From an uncultured bacterium (GTDB lineage Bacteria; Patescibacteriota; Minisyncoccia; UBA6257; 2-01-FULL-56-20), in NCBI GenBank assembly GCA_963844965.1, contig CAWJQC010000004.1, positions 41,609 through 105,608 of the forward strand: a stretch of 64,000 nt of DNA. Direction: 5' to 3'. This document shows, piece after piece, positions 10,201-19,793 of the stretch (position 1 is its first letter; every line of letters begins with the position of its first letter). Below the pieces are notes generated by a model that saw only the letters and a list, made by a program, of their open reading frames with translations, did no database searches and had not been told where the DNA came from. A program made the position numbers and the translations under genes.

Positions 10201-10452
10201 CTAGGCGGCACCGGCCGTGTCGGATTTGTCCTTGCTTATGCCGAGCTTGTTCATTAAACCCTTTCTCGTTTTCTCCAGCTCGGGCAACAGCACTCGGTCC
10301 TCTACCGTAGAATTACCGGCTCCCATCCACATGTTCAATTCTGCAATCCGCTTCTCAAGATTCTTAAGCTCGGCTATATCGGCCTCGCGCCTTGCCATTT
10401 TTGCCTCATCCTCTAACCTTTTTTCTTTTCGTTCAAACCATCCCATAAACAA
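10201..10452 (-). CDS. small coiled-coil hypothetical protein (83 aa)
   Basis: ORF only; lies between the two Thr tRNAs. Confidence 0.3.
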   Translation of the reverse strand: MFMGWFERKEKRLEDEAKMARREADIAELKNLEKRIAELNMWMGAGNSTVEDRVLLPELEKTRKGLMNKLGISKDKSDTAGAA

Positions 10453-10540
10453 ATGTTAGCAAGCAAACGCCACAATATCAATATTTATGCCTACGCGTCT
10501 TATTTAAACCGAACTGTTTTACCCCACACTTTCCGCCGAA

Positions 10541-10577
10541 TGAGCCGAGGAGAGGAGTCGAACCTCCAACCTACGGT
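10541..10577 (-). other. tRNA 3' fragment (T arm plus acceptor 3' strand, discriminator U) abutting tRNA-Thr(TGT)
   Basis: Reads GUAGGUUGGAGGUUCGACUCCUCUCCUCGGCU. The T stem GGAGG/CCUCU and T loop UUCGACU are present, but the segment upstream is occupied by the Thr tRNA, so no anticodon arm exists. Confidence 0.5.
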
Positions 10578-10605
10578 TTATCCCGATTTTGCAAAATTTG
10601 CCTTG

Positions 10606-10677
10606 AGCCGGCGGTCGGATTTGAACCGACGACCTGCTGTTTACAAAACAGCTGCTCTGCCGCTGAGCTACGCCGGC
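10606..10677 (-). tRNA. tRNA-Thr (anticodon UGU)
   Basis: GCCGGCGUAGCUCAGCGGCAGAGCAGCUGUUUUGUAAACAGCAGGUCGUCGGUUCAAAUCCGACCGCCGGCU; anticodon loop UUUGUAA. Flanked by ATTTTGCAAAA direct repeats. Confidence 0.85.
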
Positions 10678-10794
10678 AATTTTTTTGCAAAATCGCGGAC
10701 TCGCGATATTGTAAGCAAATCGTAGATTTGCACAATATCGGAGCAAAACCGTTGCTCCCTGCCCCGCACCGAGCTTTGCTCTGGTGCGCGGGTG

Positions 10795-10812
10795 CCATTG
10801 AACTACCTCGAC
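10795..10812 (-). other. possible tRNA 5' fragment (acceptor 5' strand plus start of D arm) matching the 3' fragment at 10541-10577
   Basis: GUCGAGG UA GUUCAAUGG. The first 7 nt pair with CCUCGGC of the downstream fragment (one G-U). The D stem is never closed. Confidence 0.3.
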
Positions 10813-10912
10813 AAATATGCCTGAACCCAAAAATTATTCTAACAGAAAATTGAAAAATCGGCAATTTTCATCAAAAAAGCCCCGCGCTCGAAGCACGGGG
10901 CTACTCAAAATA

Positions 10913-11152
10913 TCATTGCGCCAATACCTTGTTAGGTTGAGCAACTTGCCGTCTCCCGGTGTATCCCCTGATCTCACTCAGCCCGGCATAAATGACGTGA
11001 CCAACCATCAATTCCGGACGATCTTCGTCCATACCCCCTACAAACTCACAGGGAAAACCGGCTCCCATAACAAGCTGGCAAGCATCCCTTGATTCGTTTG
11101 ACACTCCAAAGATCAGAAGGGCTTCATCTCTGATGGGGATTTCTGTTGCCAT
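10913..11152 (-). CDS. hypothetical small protein (about 80 aa)
   Basis: ORF MATEIPIRDEALLIFGVSNESRDACQLVMGAGFPCEFVGG...; no assignable family. Confidence 0.3.
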   Translation of the reverse strand: MATEIPIRDEALLIFGVSNESRDACQLVMGAGFPCEFVGGMDEDRPELMVGHVIYAGLSEIRGYTGRRQVAQPNKVLAQ

Positions 11153-11311
11153 TACAAGTCTCCTTTCGTAATTCATAATAAACTACTTTCATAATAAGTC
11201 GCGGCGCAAATTTTGTCAAATTTTCACGCATATGTGCATAAATCCTCTTTCGCGGACGCGAGAATTTCTCTATGATTAAGGAAACAACAACCGAGACCGT
11301 CAAAATTTTTT

Positions 11312-14300
11312 ATGTCCAAGTTCACGCATCTCCATATCCACTCCCACTATTCTCTGCTTGACGGCCTCACAAAAATTGACGACCTTGTCGCGCGGGTAAA
11401 GGAACTCGGAATGGATTCGGTAGCGCTCACCGACCACGGCGTTCTCTACGGCGCCGTTGAATTTTACAAAAAGGCGCGGGCCGCCGGCATAAAACCGATC
11501 CTCGGCCTCGAAACCTACGTCGCGCCGAGGGACAGGTTCAGTAAAGAAACGAGTGAGCGGTATTATCACCTCATACTCCTCGCGGAAAGCAACACCGGCT
11601 GGAAAAATCTCATAAAACTTTCCACCAAAGCGCACCTGGAAGGGTTTTATTACAAACCCCGCGTTGACAAAGACCTTCTGCGGGAATGCCACGAGGGACT
11701 CATCGCGCTCTCGGCATGCCTAGGCAGCGAGATCGGCCAGGCGCTCCTTGAAGGCAACACGGAAAAAGCTGAGCGCATCGCTCGGGAGTATGAAGAAATA
11801 TTCGGCAAAGGAAATTATTTTCTGGAGATCCAAAAACATCCGCGCATTGCCGATTCAGAAAAGATAGAGACGGGACTCATAGACCTGTCGCGCGCTACCG
11901 GCATCCCTCTCGTCGCCACGCAGGACAGCCACTACCTCCGCTCAGAGGATGCGGAATACCACGACGTGCTTCTCGCTGTGCAGACCGGCAATCAACTCGC
12001 CGACCAGGACCGCCTGACGATGAAAGACGATGACTTCTCCCTCCTTTCTCCGGAAGCAATGGCGGAAAAATTCGTGCGCGTTCCCGAAGCCATCGCCCAG
12101 ACTTCCGTTATCGCCGAGCGCTGCAATGTTGAACTGCAACTCGGAAAAGTTATCCTGCCGAATTTTCCCAAGCCGGAGGATAAAACCGCGAACGAATACC
12201 TGAGCGACTTGATAAACGAAAAGATCGGTAATCGCTTCACAAAAGAAAAACAAACTCCTGAACTTTTGAAGCGATTGGAATACGAGCTCACTACGATCGA
12301 GAAGACCGGATTCGCCGATTACTTTTTGATAGTCGCGGACATGATCAACTGGGCCAAAACCCACGGCATAGCCGTAGGCCCTGGCCGCGGTTCCGCCGCC
12401 GGAAGCCTGGCTTCGTATATCCTCGGCATAACGGACATCAATCCGCTTGAATACAACCTCCTTTTTGAGAGATTCCTGAACCCCGACAGGGTTCAAATGC
12501 CGGACGTTGACATGGATTTCGCCGACACGCGGCGCGATGAGGTCCTGGCATATCTGCGCGAAAAGTACGGCACCGACCATGTGGCGCAGATAATAACTTT
12601 CGGAACGATGATGGCGAGAGCGGCGTTGCGGGACGCGGGCCGCGCGATGGGATTTAGCTATAATTTCTGCGACCAAATCGCCAAGCTGATCCCGTTCAAT
12701 CCGACACAAGGAATGAAAGAAGGATGGCTGGACAGGTGTCTCGCCATGGTGCCGGAACTTAAATCCACCTACGAAGGCAATGTGGACGCCAAGCGCCTCA
12801 TTGACACCGCACGGCATCTTGAAGGAGTGGCGCGCCACGCGTCGGTCCACGCCTGCGGTACGGTGATCTCCAAAGAGCCGCTCGTGAATTACCTGCCGTT
12901 GCAGCTCGCGCCACAGGACAAAAACAATGTCATCACACAATTTGAGATGCACAGCGTGGAAGACCTGGGACTCCTCAAAATGGATCTCTTGGGACTCAGG
13001 AACCTCACCGTAATAGAGGAAACCGTACGCCTCGTGAAAGACACGCGCGGCGAGGAGTTGAAAATTTCCGAACTGCCGCTCAACGACAAAAAAACATTTG
13101 AACTTCTGCGGGCGGCGAACACCACGGGCGTCTTCCAGTTCGAAAGTTCCGGCATGAAACGCTATATGAAGGAAATTGAACCGACAAGCATTGAAGACCT
13201 AATCGCCCTCGTCGCTCTTTTCCGCCCCGGCCCGATGGAACTTATTCCGTCCTTTATCAATCGCAAGCATGGGCGGGAAAAAATCACATATCTTCATCCC
13301 CTGCTTGAACCAATCCTAAAAAACACCTACGGCATCGGCGTTTATCAGGAACAAATGATGCAAATCGCCCGCGACCTCGGCGGCTACACGCTCGCGGAAG
13401 CCGACACCCTGCGGAAAGCGATCGGCAAGAAAATAAAAAAACTTCTGGACGAACAGAAAGAAAAACTCATAAGCGGCATGCGCAAAAAAGGCATACCGCA
13501 AAAGACGGCGCAAGCTATCTGGGAACTCTTCCCACCTTTTGCGCGCTACGGTTTCAACAAATCGCACGCCGCCTGCTACGCCCTGATCGGCTACCGGACT
13601 GCATATCTCAAAGCGCACTATCCGGAGGAATTCATGGCGGGACTCCTCAATTCCGAGCTGAGCGATATTGACCGCATCTCGGTTCTCATAGAAGAAGCGA
13701 AGCAGTCCAACATCGGGATACTGCCGCCGGACATTAATAAAAGTTTCGTAAATTTCACACCAGAGGGAGAAAAAATCAGGTTCGGTCTGGTAGCTGTGAA
13801 AAATGTCGGCGAAGAGATAGCGAAGAACATCATAGAAGAACGGATCCGCGGCGGCCCGTTCAAGAATTTTGAGGATTTCCTCTCGCGGGTTCAGCACAAA
13901 GACCTGAACAAAAAATCCCTGGAGTCGCTCATAAAAGGCGGCGCGTTTGACTCGCTTGGCGTGGAGCGCAATCAGGCCCTCCAAGGAATGGAGGATGTGC
14001 TCAGGTTCGCGAACGTTTTCCGCAAAGGCGCAGCATCCATGAATGGCAGAAGTACTTCCCTCTTCGGTGTGAGCACGCCCAAAGCTTCGTTAAAATTGAA
14101 AATTGTTCCGCCGGCGACAAACGAGGAAAAGCTTGCCTGGGAAAAGGAACTCCTCGGATTCTACCTGTCCGAGCATCCTCTGAAGGCCTACGAGAAAAAA
14201 ATAAACGGCTACAACGCGAAGCCGATATCCGAAGTGCGGAAGATAACGAACGGCCAGCTTACGGTGCGGACCGCGGGCCTTGTCTCACAAATCAAAAAAA

Positions 14301-14509
14301 TTCTCACGAAGAACGGCCAGCCGATGCTCTTCGCGAAAATTGAGGACCTCTCCTCGCAGCCTATTGAGGTTGTCGTATTCAACAGCACTTTAGAAAAAAC
14401 GGCGAAGGCCTGGGTTCTAAACAACGTCGTCCTGCTTGAAGGCCGCGTCAACTGGCGCGACAACGAACCCAAAATCATCTGCGAGCGAGCGGCGAAGCTG
14501 GAAGCGTAA
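11312..14509 (+). CDS. dnaE: DNA polymerase III alpha subunit (compact, 1065 aa)
   Basis: N-terminal PHP domain (HLHIHSHYSLLDG), polymerase core and C-terminal OB region; intact ORF. Confidence 0.9.
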   Translation: MSKFTHLHIHSHYSLLDGLTKIDDLVARVKELGMDSVALTDHGVLYGAVEFYKKARAAGIKPILGLETYVAPRDRFSKETSERYYHLILLAESNTGWKNLIKLSTKAHLEGFYYKPRVDKDLLRECHEGLIALSACLGSEIGQALLEGNTEKAERIAREYEEIFGKGNYFLEIQKHPRIADSEKIETGLIDLSRATGIPLVATQDSHYLRSEDAEYHDVLLAVQTGNQLADQDRLTMKDDDFSLLSPEAMAEKFVRVPEAIAQTSVIAERCNVELQLGKVILPNFPKPEDKTANEYLSDLINEKIGNRFTKEKQTPELLKRLEYELTTIEKTGFADYFLIVADMINWAKTHGIAVGPGRGSAAGSLASYILGITDINPLEYNLLFERFLNPDRVQMPDVDMDFADTRRDEVLAYLREKYGTDHVAQIITFGTMMARAALRDAGRAMGFSYNFCDQIAKLIPFNPTQGMKEGWLDRCLAMVPELKSTYEGNVDAKRLIDTARHLEGVARHASVHACGTVISKEPLVNYLPLQLAPQDKNNVITQFEMHSVEDLGLLKMDLLGLRNLTVIEETVRLVKDTRGEELKISELPLNDKKTFELLRAANTTGVFQFESSGMKRYMKEIEPTSIEDLIALVALFRPGPMELIPSFINRKHGREKITYLHPLLEPILKNTYGIGVYQEQMMQIARDLGGYTLAEADTLRKAIGKKIKKLLDEQKEKLISGMRKKGIPQKTAQAIWELFPPFARYGFNKSHAACYALIGYRTAYLKAHYPEEFMAGLLNSELSDIDRISVLIEEAKQSNIGILPPDINKSFVNFTPEGEKIRFGLVAVKNVGEEIAKNIIEERIRGGPFKNFEDFLSRVQHKDLNKKSLESLIKGGAFDSLGVERNQALQGMEDVLRFANVFRKGAASMNGRSTSLFGVSTPKASLKLKIVPPATNEEKLAWEKELLGFYLSEHPLKAYEKKINGYNAKPISEVRKITNGQLTVRTAGLVSQIKKILTKNGQPMLFAKIEDLSSQPIEVVVFNSTLEKTAKAWVLNNVVLLEGRVNWRDNEPKIICERAAKLEA

Positions 14510-14600
14510 TTTTAGAAAATAGTAAGTAGAAATTAGAAAATAGAATTTTGTCGGGATTTTCGGCGAAGTTCCGATTTCTATTTTCTATTTACTATTTTCT
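14510..14600. repeat. word-repeat palindromic spacer (tagaaa/ttctat words) between convergent dnaE and the cytidylyltransferase gene
   Basis: AGAAAATAGTAAGTAGAAATTAGAAAATAGAA ... TTCTATTTTCTATTTACTATTTTCTACTTTCTA, imperfect inverted arms. Confidence 0.5.
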
Positions 14601-15006
14601 ACTTTCTATCTACGATATTGCTTTTATATCTATGCGGCTCGTGCGCCCTCAAAACAACCATCTTCGGCCGCCAACGAAATTCCTTGCGGTGATTTTTCAG
14701 GTCCTCTTTGAGCGCCACCTGGTCGTAACCCAAAGCGATAACGTCGGGCTTGTGCTTTTTCACGACCTCGTAAACGCCGAGTTCAGCGTCGCCGAGCGCG
14801 ACCTCGTCAACAAGAGGTTCTTTTCGCAGGTCGTCAATTCTCCGCGCGAGATTTCTCTGCGGCAGACGGCCCTTCAAGTACTCAGCCGTATGGTCCTGCG
14901 CGACTGCGACGAGCAAATAATGGCCGTATTCCCTGGCTTGTTTAAAAAATTGACGGTGACCTTCATGGATGCCGTCAAAAACGCCGAAGACCAGAACTTT
15001 TTTCAT
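14599..15006 (-). CDS. cytidylyltransferase-like nucleotidyltransferase (HIGH motif; TagD/HldE-domain-like)
   Basis: MKKVLVFGVFDGIHEGHRQFF... about 135 aa, Rossmann-like HxGH signature. Confidence 0.5.
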   Translation of the reverse strand: MKKVLVFGVFDGIHEGHRQFFKQAREYGHYLLVAVAQDHTAEYLKGRLPQRNLARRIDDLRKEPLVDEVALGDAELGVYEVVKKHKPDVIALGYDQVALKEDLKNHRKEFRWRPKMVVLRAHEPHRYKSNIVDRK

Positions 15007-15068
15007 GTATCACGCAACATGAAACATGTAGCAGTTAAAACGGTGCTACATGTTTCGTGTTATATGTT

Positions 15069-16517
15069 TCATTTTTTCGGACGCATCAGCGGGAAAATCA
15101 CGGTCTCGCGCACGGGCTTGTCCATCAAAATCGCGAATAGGCGCTCTGACATGCCGAAACCGGCGGCGGGCGGCATACCGTACTCCATAGCTTCCAAGTA
15201 ATCCTCGTCCAGCCGCTGGGCTTCATTGTCCCCTTCCGCACGCAACTTCATCTGCTCCTCAAACCGCGCGCGCTGGTCAAGGGGGTCATTCAGTTCCGAA
15301 AAACCATTTCCCACTTCCGTGCCACAGGCCACTACCTGAAACCGTTCCGCGACTTTCGGATTTTTCCGACTGCGTTTGGCCAAGGGTACTAATTCAACCG
15401 GTGGGTCAACCAAAAAGCACGGCTCAATCAGTTTGGGTCGGATGGCTTTCTTATATATCAGATCAATAAGGCGTCCTCTGCCGAGATTTTCCTCCGGCTG
15501 CAGGCCGAAAGAACGTGCCGTGATAAAAAGCTCTTTGCGCGTGGCAACCGTCGGGTCAAGCCCGGCAGCTTTCTTAAATTCCTCCACGTAATTCACTTTC
15601 GGCCACCTCTTCCCCCAGTTTATTTTTTTGCCGCCGAAGGTCACGGTAAAACCGCCGCAGGTTTTTTTGACAACGGCTTTGTACATTTTTTCCACGGACG
15701 CCATCATGTCGTTGTAATCGGCGTAAGCCCAGTAGTATTCCATGTGCGTGTAGTCCTGCAGATGTTCCTTGTCTATGCCTTCGTTGCGGAACACGCGGCC
15801 AATCTCAAAGACCCTTTCAAAACCGGCGACGAGAAGTTTTTTCAAAGACAGTTCCATGGATATGCGCAGGTAGAAGTCAACATCCAGCGCATTGTGATGC
15901 GTTTTGAACGGCTCGGCGTCCGCGCCTCCGGGAACGCTCTCCAGAACGGGCGTTTCCACTTCCAAAAATCCTTCGCCCTTAAGATAATTGCGGATAGTTT
16001 CCCAAAAAACGGCTTTCTTCTCAAAAAGCACCTTTGCTTCCGGATTCATAAGCAAATCCAGGTATCGTTTCCGCAGGCGCGTTTCAATGTCTTCCAGCCC
16101 GTACCACTCGCTCGGCAACGGACGCAGGGATTTCGCCAGTATTTTAAGCTCTTTAACTTCCAGACTTTCCTCTCCTTTTTTCGTCTTGAACAACGAGCCA
16201 CCCGCGTAAATAAAATCGCCGATGTCCAAAACGGATTTCCAAAATTCAAAATCCGGCAAATTGTCTTTCTTCAAAACCAGCTGCAGCTTGCCCGTGGCGT
16301 CTGCCAGATCAAGAAACACGATATTCCCCTGGTCGCGCGAGCCCAAAATGCGCCCGACCAAAGAAATCTTCTTCCGGGATTTCGCCAGCGCGTTGAATCT
16401 TTTCCGCGCCTCGGCAATCGCAAGCGTCCGCTTCGCCTCCGGCGGATACGGGTCGAGCTTCACTTTCTTTATTTCTTCCAGCTTCTTCAACCGCTCTTTG
16501 ATAAGATCGTCAAGCAT
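15069..16517 (-). CDS. lysS: lysyl-tRNA synthetase (class II)
   Basis: OB anticodon-binding N-terminus plus class II core (FRNEGIDKEHLQDYTHMEYYWAY, motif 3 at the C-terminus). Confidence 0.9.
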   Translation of the reverse strand: MLDDLIKERLKKLEEIKKVKLDPYPPEAKRTLAIAEARKRFNALAKSRKKISLVGRILGSRDQGNIVFLDLADATGKLQLVLKKDNLPDFEFWKSVLDIGDFIYAGGSLFKTKKGEESLEVKELKILAKSLRPLPSEWYGLEDIETRLRKRYLDLLMNPEAKVLFEKKAVFWETIRNYLKGEGFLEVETPVLESVPGGADAEPFKTHHNALDVDFYLRISMELSLKKLLVAGFERVFEIGRVFRNEGIDKEHLQDYTHMEYYWAYADYNDMMASVEKMYKAVVKKTCGGFTVTFGGKKINWGKRWPKVNYVEEFKKAAGLDPTVATRKELFITARSFGLQPEENLGRGRLIDLIYKKAIRPKLIEPCFLVDPPVELVPLAKRSRKNPKVAERFQVVACGTEVGNGFSELNDPLDQRARFEEQMKLRAEGDNEAQRLDEDYLEAMEYGMPPAAGFGMSERLFAILMDKPVRETVIFPLMRPKK

Positions 16518-16755
16518 TAGATTAATTATGCCCCATTATCAATCAAAATTCAAAATCGGGATAACATAAAAAGCTGTTTTTGCCGACAGGCTAAAACACC
16601 TTATATCCAAAAGAATTGAGTGGCGTTTCTTGGGAAACCCGCAGCCGATTTAGCTAGGTCTTTGCCGAAAGGCAAAGTAAATCGGCGAGGACAAGTCGAA
16701 TTTGCCGCCGGAGCAAATTCGACGGGTTCCCAAGAAATCTCGCCGCTCGATTCCC

Positions 16756-17215
16756 TCACTCTATCTTAGTAATCTGGTATACAATCTGTCCCGCCGGCGC
16801 GTTAACGGTCACGCTGTCGCCGACTTTCCTGCCGATGAACGCTCTGCCGAGCGGCGATTCGTCGGAAATCTTTCCTTCCTCCGGCTTCGCTTCATAAGAA
16901 CCGACTATCGTGTAACGCGCAATCTGATTCTCCTTTCTTGGCGAAAACCGTGGAGCAGACGCCAACTTTCTCCGCTCCTTCTGTCTTCTTTATAATCACC
17001 GCTTTTTTCAGAAGTTCCTCCAGATCAAAAATCCGCGTCTCAACGAGCGCCTGCTCTTCCCTCGCCTCCGCGTACTCGGAATTTTCCGAAAGGTCGCCGT
17101 ATTCCTTCGCGTGACGCAAACGCTCCGCGATTTCCGCGCGTTTCGTATTTTTCAGAACGTCAAGTTCCTGCTTCAATTCCTCAAGACGTTCTTTTGTTAA
17201 GTAATATCTGTCCAC
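16756..17215 (-). CDS. greA: transcription elongation factor GreA; single-base frameshift near 16945
   Basis: N-terminal coiled coil with GDLSENSEYAEAREEQ in one frame. C-terminal ENQIARYTIVGSYEAKPEEGKISDESPLGRAFIGRKVGDSV in the adjacent frame. An extra base sits in AAGAAAGGAG. Confidence 0.7.
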
Positions 17216-17277
17216 GATAGAAAATTAAAAAATTTAAAAATCAAAATGCAAAATTTGGGTGTCCTACGGACCAGATT

Positions 17278-18141
17278 TTATAATTTGTCAATTTTAAATT
17301 TTTCATTGTTATTTTGAACTTTGATTTTTACATTTTCAACTTGATACTTGCCGGTCCACAGCCACCAACGAATTTTACACGTTTCCCATAAAGTTTTCAA
17401 GTAGGCGGAAGCCGGAAGCCTTGAGCGGGCATCGTTCACCCAATGAACCGGAATTTCCTTAATTTTGTAGCCGAATTTCTTGGCCAATGCCAGGATCTCC
17501 ACGTCAAATCCCCAACCGCTGATTTTTGATAAATTGAAAATTTTTTCCGCTGCCTCATCCGTAAACGCCTTGAAGCCACACTGCGTGTCCCAAATCTTCG
17601 GCAACAGCAGTGCTTGAATGATCAAATTCCCGACCTTTCCCGGGATCTGGCGGTAGAAGGGCTGCGGCGGGTCAAGTTTGCTTCCTTTGAGCACGCGGTC
17701 ACAGATCACGACATCATATCTCTCGCGCGCCGCCACGGTCGGCGCAGAAAGCGTTCCCAGTTTCATATCATCCGAATCCGACTCAACTGGTACGCCTCCC
17801 GGAGCAAAATACGGCATCATGGCATTGAAGTGATCTATGGACGTAGAATTGTCGGCATCGGTGAAGAGCCGAATCTTCCCCCTTGCGAGAAGCATTCCCT
17901 GCCGGACAACTCCGCCCTTGCCCTTGTTCTCGGAATTATCTATCAGCTTGAGGTTTTTGATAAGCTTCGCCATATTGCTGACGATTTGGGCGGTGTTGTC
18001 CTTTGAGCCGTCGTTCACGACCAAAATTTCGTAGGAATATTCCGCGTCTGCCAGGCGCTTGTCAATATCAACGAGCGTCAAGGGCAGCCGCTCGGCCTCG
18101 TTGTAGGCGGGAATGATGATAGAAAGATAGGGCTGGGCCAT
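17278..18141 (-). CDS. family 2 glycosyltransferase (DPM1-like)
   Basis: IIIPAYNEAERLPLTL ... VVNDGSKDNT ... DADNS motifs. Confidence 0.75.
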   Translation of the reverse strand: MAQPYLSIIIPAYNEAERLPLTLVDIDKRLADAEYSYEILVVNDGSKDNTAQIVSNMAKLIKNLKLIDNSENKGKGGVVRQGMLLARGKIRLFTDADNSTSIDHFNAMMPYFAPGGVPVESDSDDMKLGTLSAPTVAARERYDVVICDRVLKGSKLDPPQPFYRQIPGKVGNLIIQALLLPKIWDTQCGFKAFTDEAAEKIFNLSKISGWGFDVEILALAKKFGYKIKEIPVHWVNDARSRLPASAYLKTLWETCKIRWWLWTGKYQVENVKIKVQNNNEKFKIDKL

Positions 18142-18276
18142 TGAAATAGAAAATAGAATTTAGAAAGTAGAAAGTAGTAGGTAGTAGGAAGAAAAAACTG
18201 AAAATTTCTAAATTCTAATTTCTGATTTCTAAACAATTAAAATTATAACACAAAAGAAACAGCTGAAATTCCACGC

Positions 18277-19038
18277 TCAAATCTTGGTTAGTATTCTTGT
18301 TCCCTGTTCTGTTATAGCAACCGTATGTTCCCAATGAGCGGATGGTGAGCCGTCGGCGGTGATAAAACTATCGTCGGCGAGCTGCTTTGTCGCCCCGGAG
18401 CCCATCGCTACCATCGGCTCAATCGCGAGCACCATTCCTGGCACAAGTTCTTCGCCTTCGCCTTTGCGGCCAAAATTCAGAACTTGCGGCTCTTCGTGAA
18501 GGTCGCGGCCGATACCGTGACCCGTGAGCGAACGAACGACCGAGAAACCATTTTTTGTCACGAACTTTTCAATAGCACAACCGATGTCCCCCACCATTTT
18601 TCCAGGCCTCGCTTCCGCAATACCAATATTAAGTGCTTCTCTCGTGACGTGAATTAATTTCTGTGCTTCACGGCCGATAGCGCCAACGGGAACGGTAATC
18701 GCCGAATCGGAATAAAATCCCTTGTATTTTAGTCCCAAATCCAATTTAAGAAGATCGCCGCTCTTCAGCGCGTAATCCGACGGCAACCCGTGCACGACAA
18801 CGTCGTTCAGGGATGCGCAAATCGTAAATGGATATGGCTTTTCGGAGCCCGCTGGTCGGTAACCCAAAAACGCCGGCTCGGCTCCAGATTCTTTTATCAG
18901 CTTCTTCGCCAATTTGTCCAAAAAAATTGTGGTGACGCCCGCGCGGACCTCTTTCCTAAGCGCCTCAACAACCGAAGCGAGCCGCTGCCCAGCCTCGGCC
19001 ATGATTTCAACCTCAGCGGGAGTTTTTATGGTGGTCAT
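18277..19038 (-). CDS. map: methionine aminopeptidase type I
   Basis: Pita-bread fold motifs (VVHGLPSDYALKSGDLLKLDLG, HGIGRDLHEEP). Confidence 0.9.
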   Translation of the reverse strand: MTTIKTPAEVEIMAEAGQRLASVVEALRKEVRAGVTTIFLDKLAKKLIKESGAEPAFLGYRPAGSEKPYPFTICASLNDVVVHGLPSDYALKSGDLLKLDLGLKYKGFYSDSAITVPVGAIGREAQKLIHVTREALNIGIAEARPGKMVGDIGCAIEKFVTKNGFSVVRSLTGHGIGRDLHEEPQVLNFGRKGEGEELVPGMVLAIEPMVAMGSGATKQLADDSFITADGSPSAHWEHTVAITEQGTRILTKI

Positions 19039-19793
19039 TACGAAAACAAAACCCGATAAAAGTCCACTGAGCCGGCGGAGGCCTTCCTCACGGTGGTTTT
19101 TCTGCCGATGCCGCGCGTTCGCAGCATAATCGTACCAATTATCTTGTTGAGCACTTTATATGGCGCGGCTCTGGCGTTAATAACTTCCAGGTTGTAACCC
19201 AATTTATCCAAAATATTGAAAACCGGCTCGGTGCGATTCTTATACTCCTTAAGACGTACCTTGATCACCTCCGGTTTATCCAATGAACGTCTGTAAAAAT
19301 TTCCGCCGCACACGGGGCAATACCTCGGCTTAACCTTGGGGTAATATTTCGCAAGCAGCGTGTAGCCGCAGGATTTACACACCATGCGGGCGCCGTTTCT
19401 CTTGATTGAATATTCTGCCGGCAGCCGCAACTCAAAAATAAATATATTCTCCCGGCCATAAAGCCGATCCAAAATCGGCATAAGCCGCTCGCCTTCGTAA
19501 ACGGTGCGCGGCGAGCCGCTGAAAGCGACGCCGAATCCCGCCTGCGCGATCTTCGTGACCGCGTTCGCCACCTCGCGCGAAACAAAGCTCGGTGTCATCA
19601 AAATCCCGCCATCAAAAAGTTTCCGCTCGCGCTTTACAATTTTTTCTTTCTGCCGCGCCTGGTCGTGCACAACCGATTCCAAAAATTTTCCCGTGTCAAA
19701 ATGAATCAGGTTCAGTTTTTGCGCCAATAAATTCGCCTGTGTTCCCTTACCCGAACCCGGCGGCCCGTAAATTATAATGGCGATTTTTTTCAT
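19038..19793 (-). CDS. adk: adenylate kinase with Zn-finger LID domain and a C-terminal extension
   Basis: IIIYGPPGSGKGTQ P-loop; CKSCGYTL..CPVCGG LID. Confidence 0.85.
   Translation of the reverse strand: MKKIAIIIYGPPGSGKGTQANLLAQKLNLIHFDTGKFLESVVHDQARQKEKIVKRERKLFDGGILMTPSFVSREVANAVTKIAQAGFGVAFSGSPRTVYEGERLMPILDRLYGRENIFIFELRLPAEYSIKRNGARMVCKSCGYTLLAKYYPKVKPRYCPVCGGNFYRRSLDKPEVIKVRLKEYKNRTEPVFNILDKLGYNLEVINARAAPYKVLNKIIGTIMLRTRGIGRKTTVRKASAGSVDFYRVLFS

Noticed and set aside
10500-10830. tmRNA or SRP RNA hypothesis for the structured region around tRNA-Thr(TGT)
   Set aside because: There is no tRNA-Ala-like G3:U70 acceptor with ..CCACCA end, no resume codon or tag reading frame ending ALAA, and no SRP domain IV GGAA tetraloop or AGCAGCC motif. 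The helices are simple palindromes.
11942-12952. 336 aa minus-strand ORF
   Set aside because: It is antisense inside dnaE, with no independent signals and typical shadow-ORF composition in GC-rich coding DNA. The same reasoning applies to 13316-13984, 22128-22811 (antisense of secY), 33205-33825, 42544-43149 and 15744-16520.
16518-16755. T-box or lysine riboswitch upstream of lysS
   Set aside because: There is no T-box consensus (AAUUAGGGUGGUACCGCG) or specifier-loop arrangement and no L-box core. It is recorded only as an unclassified structured element.
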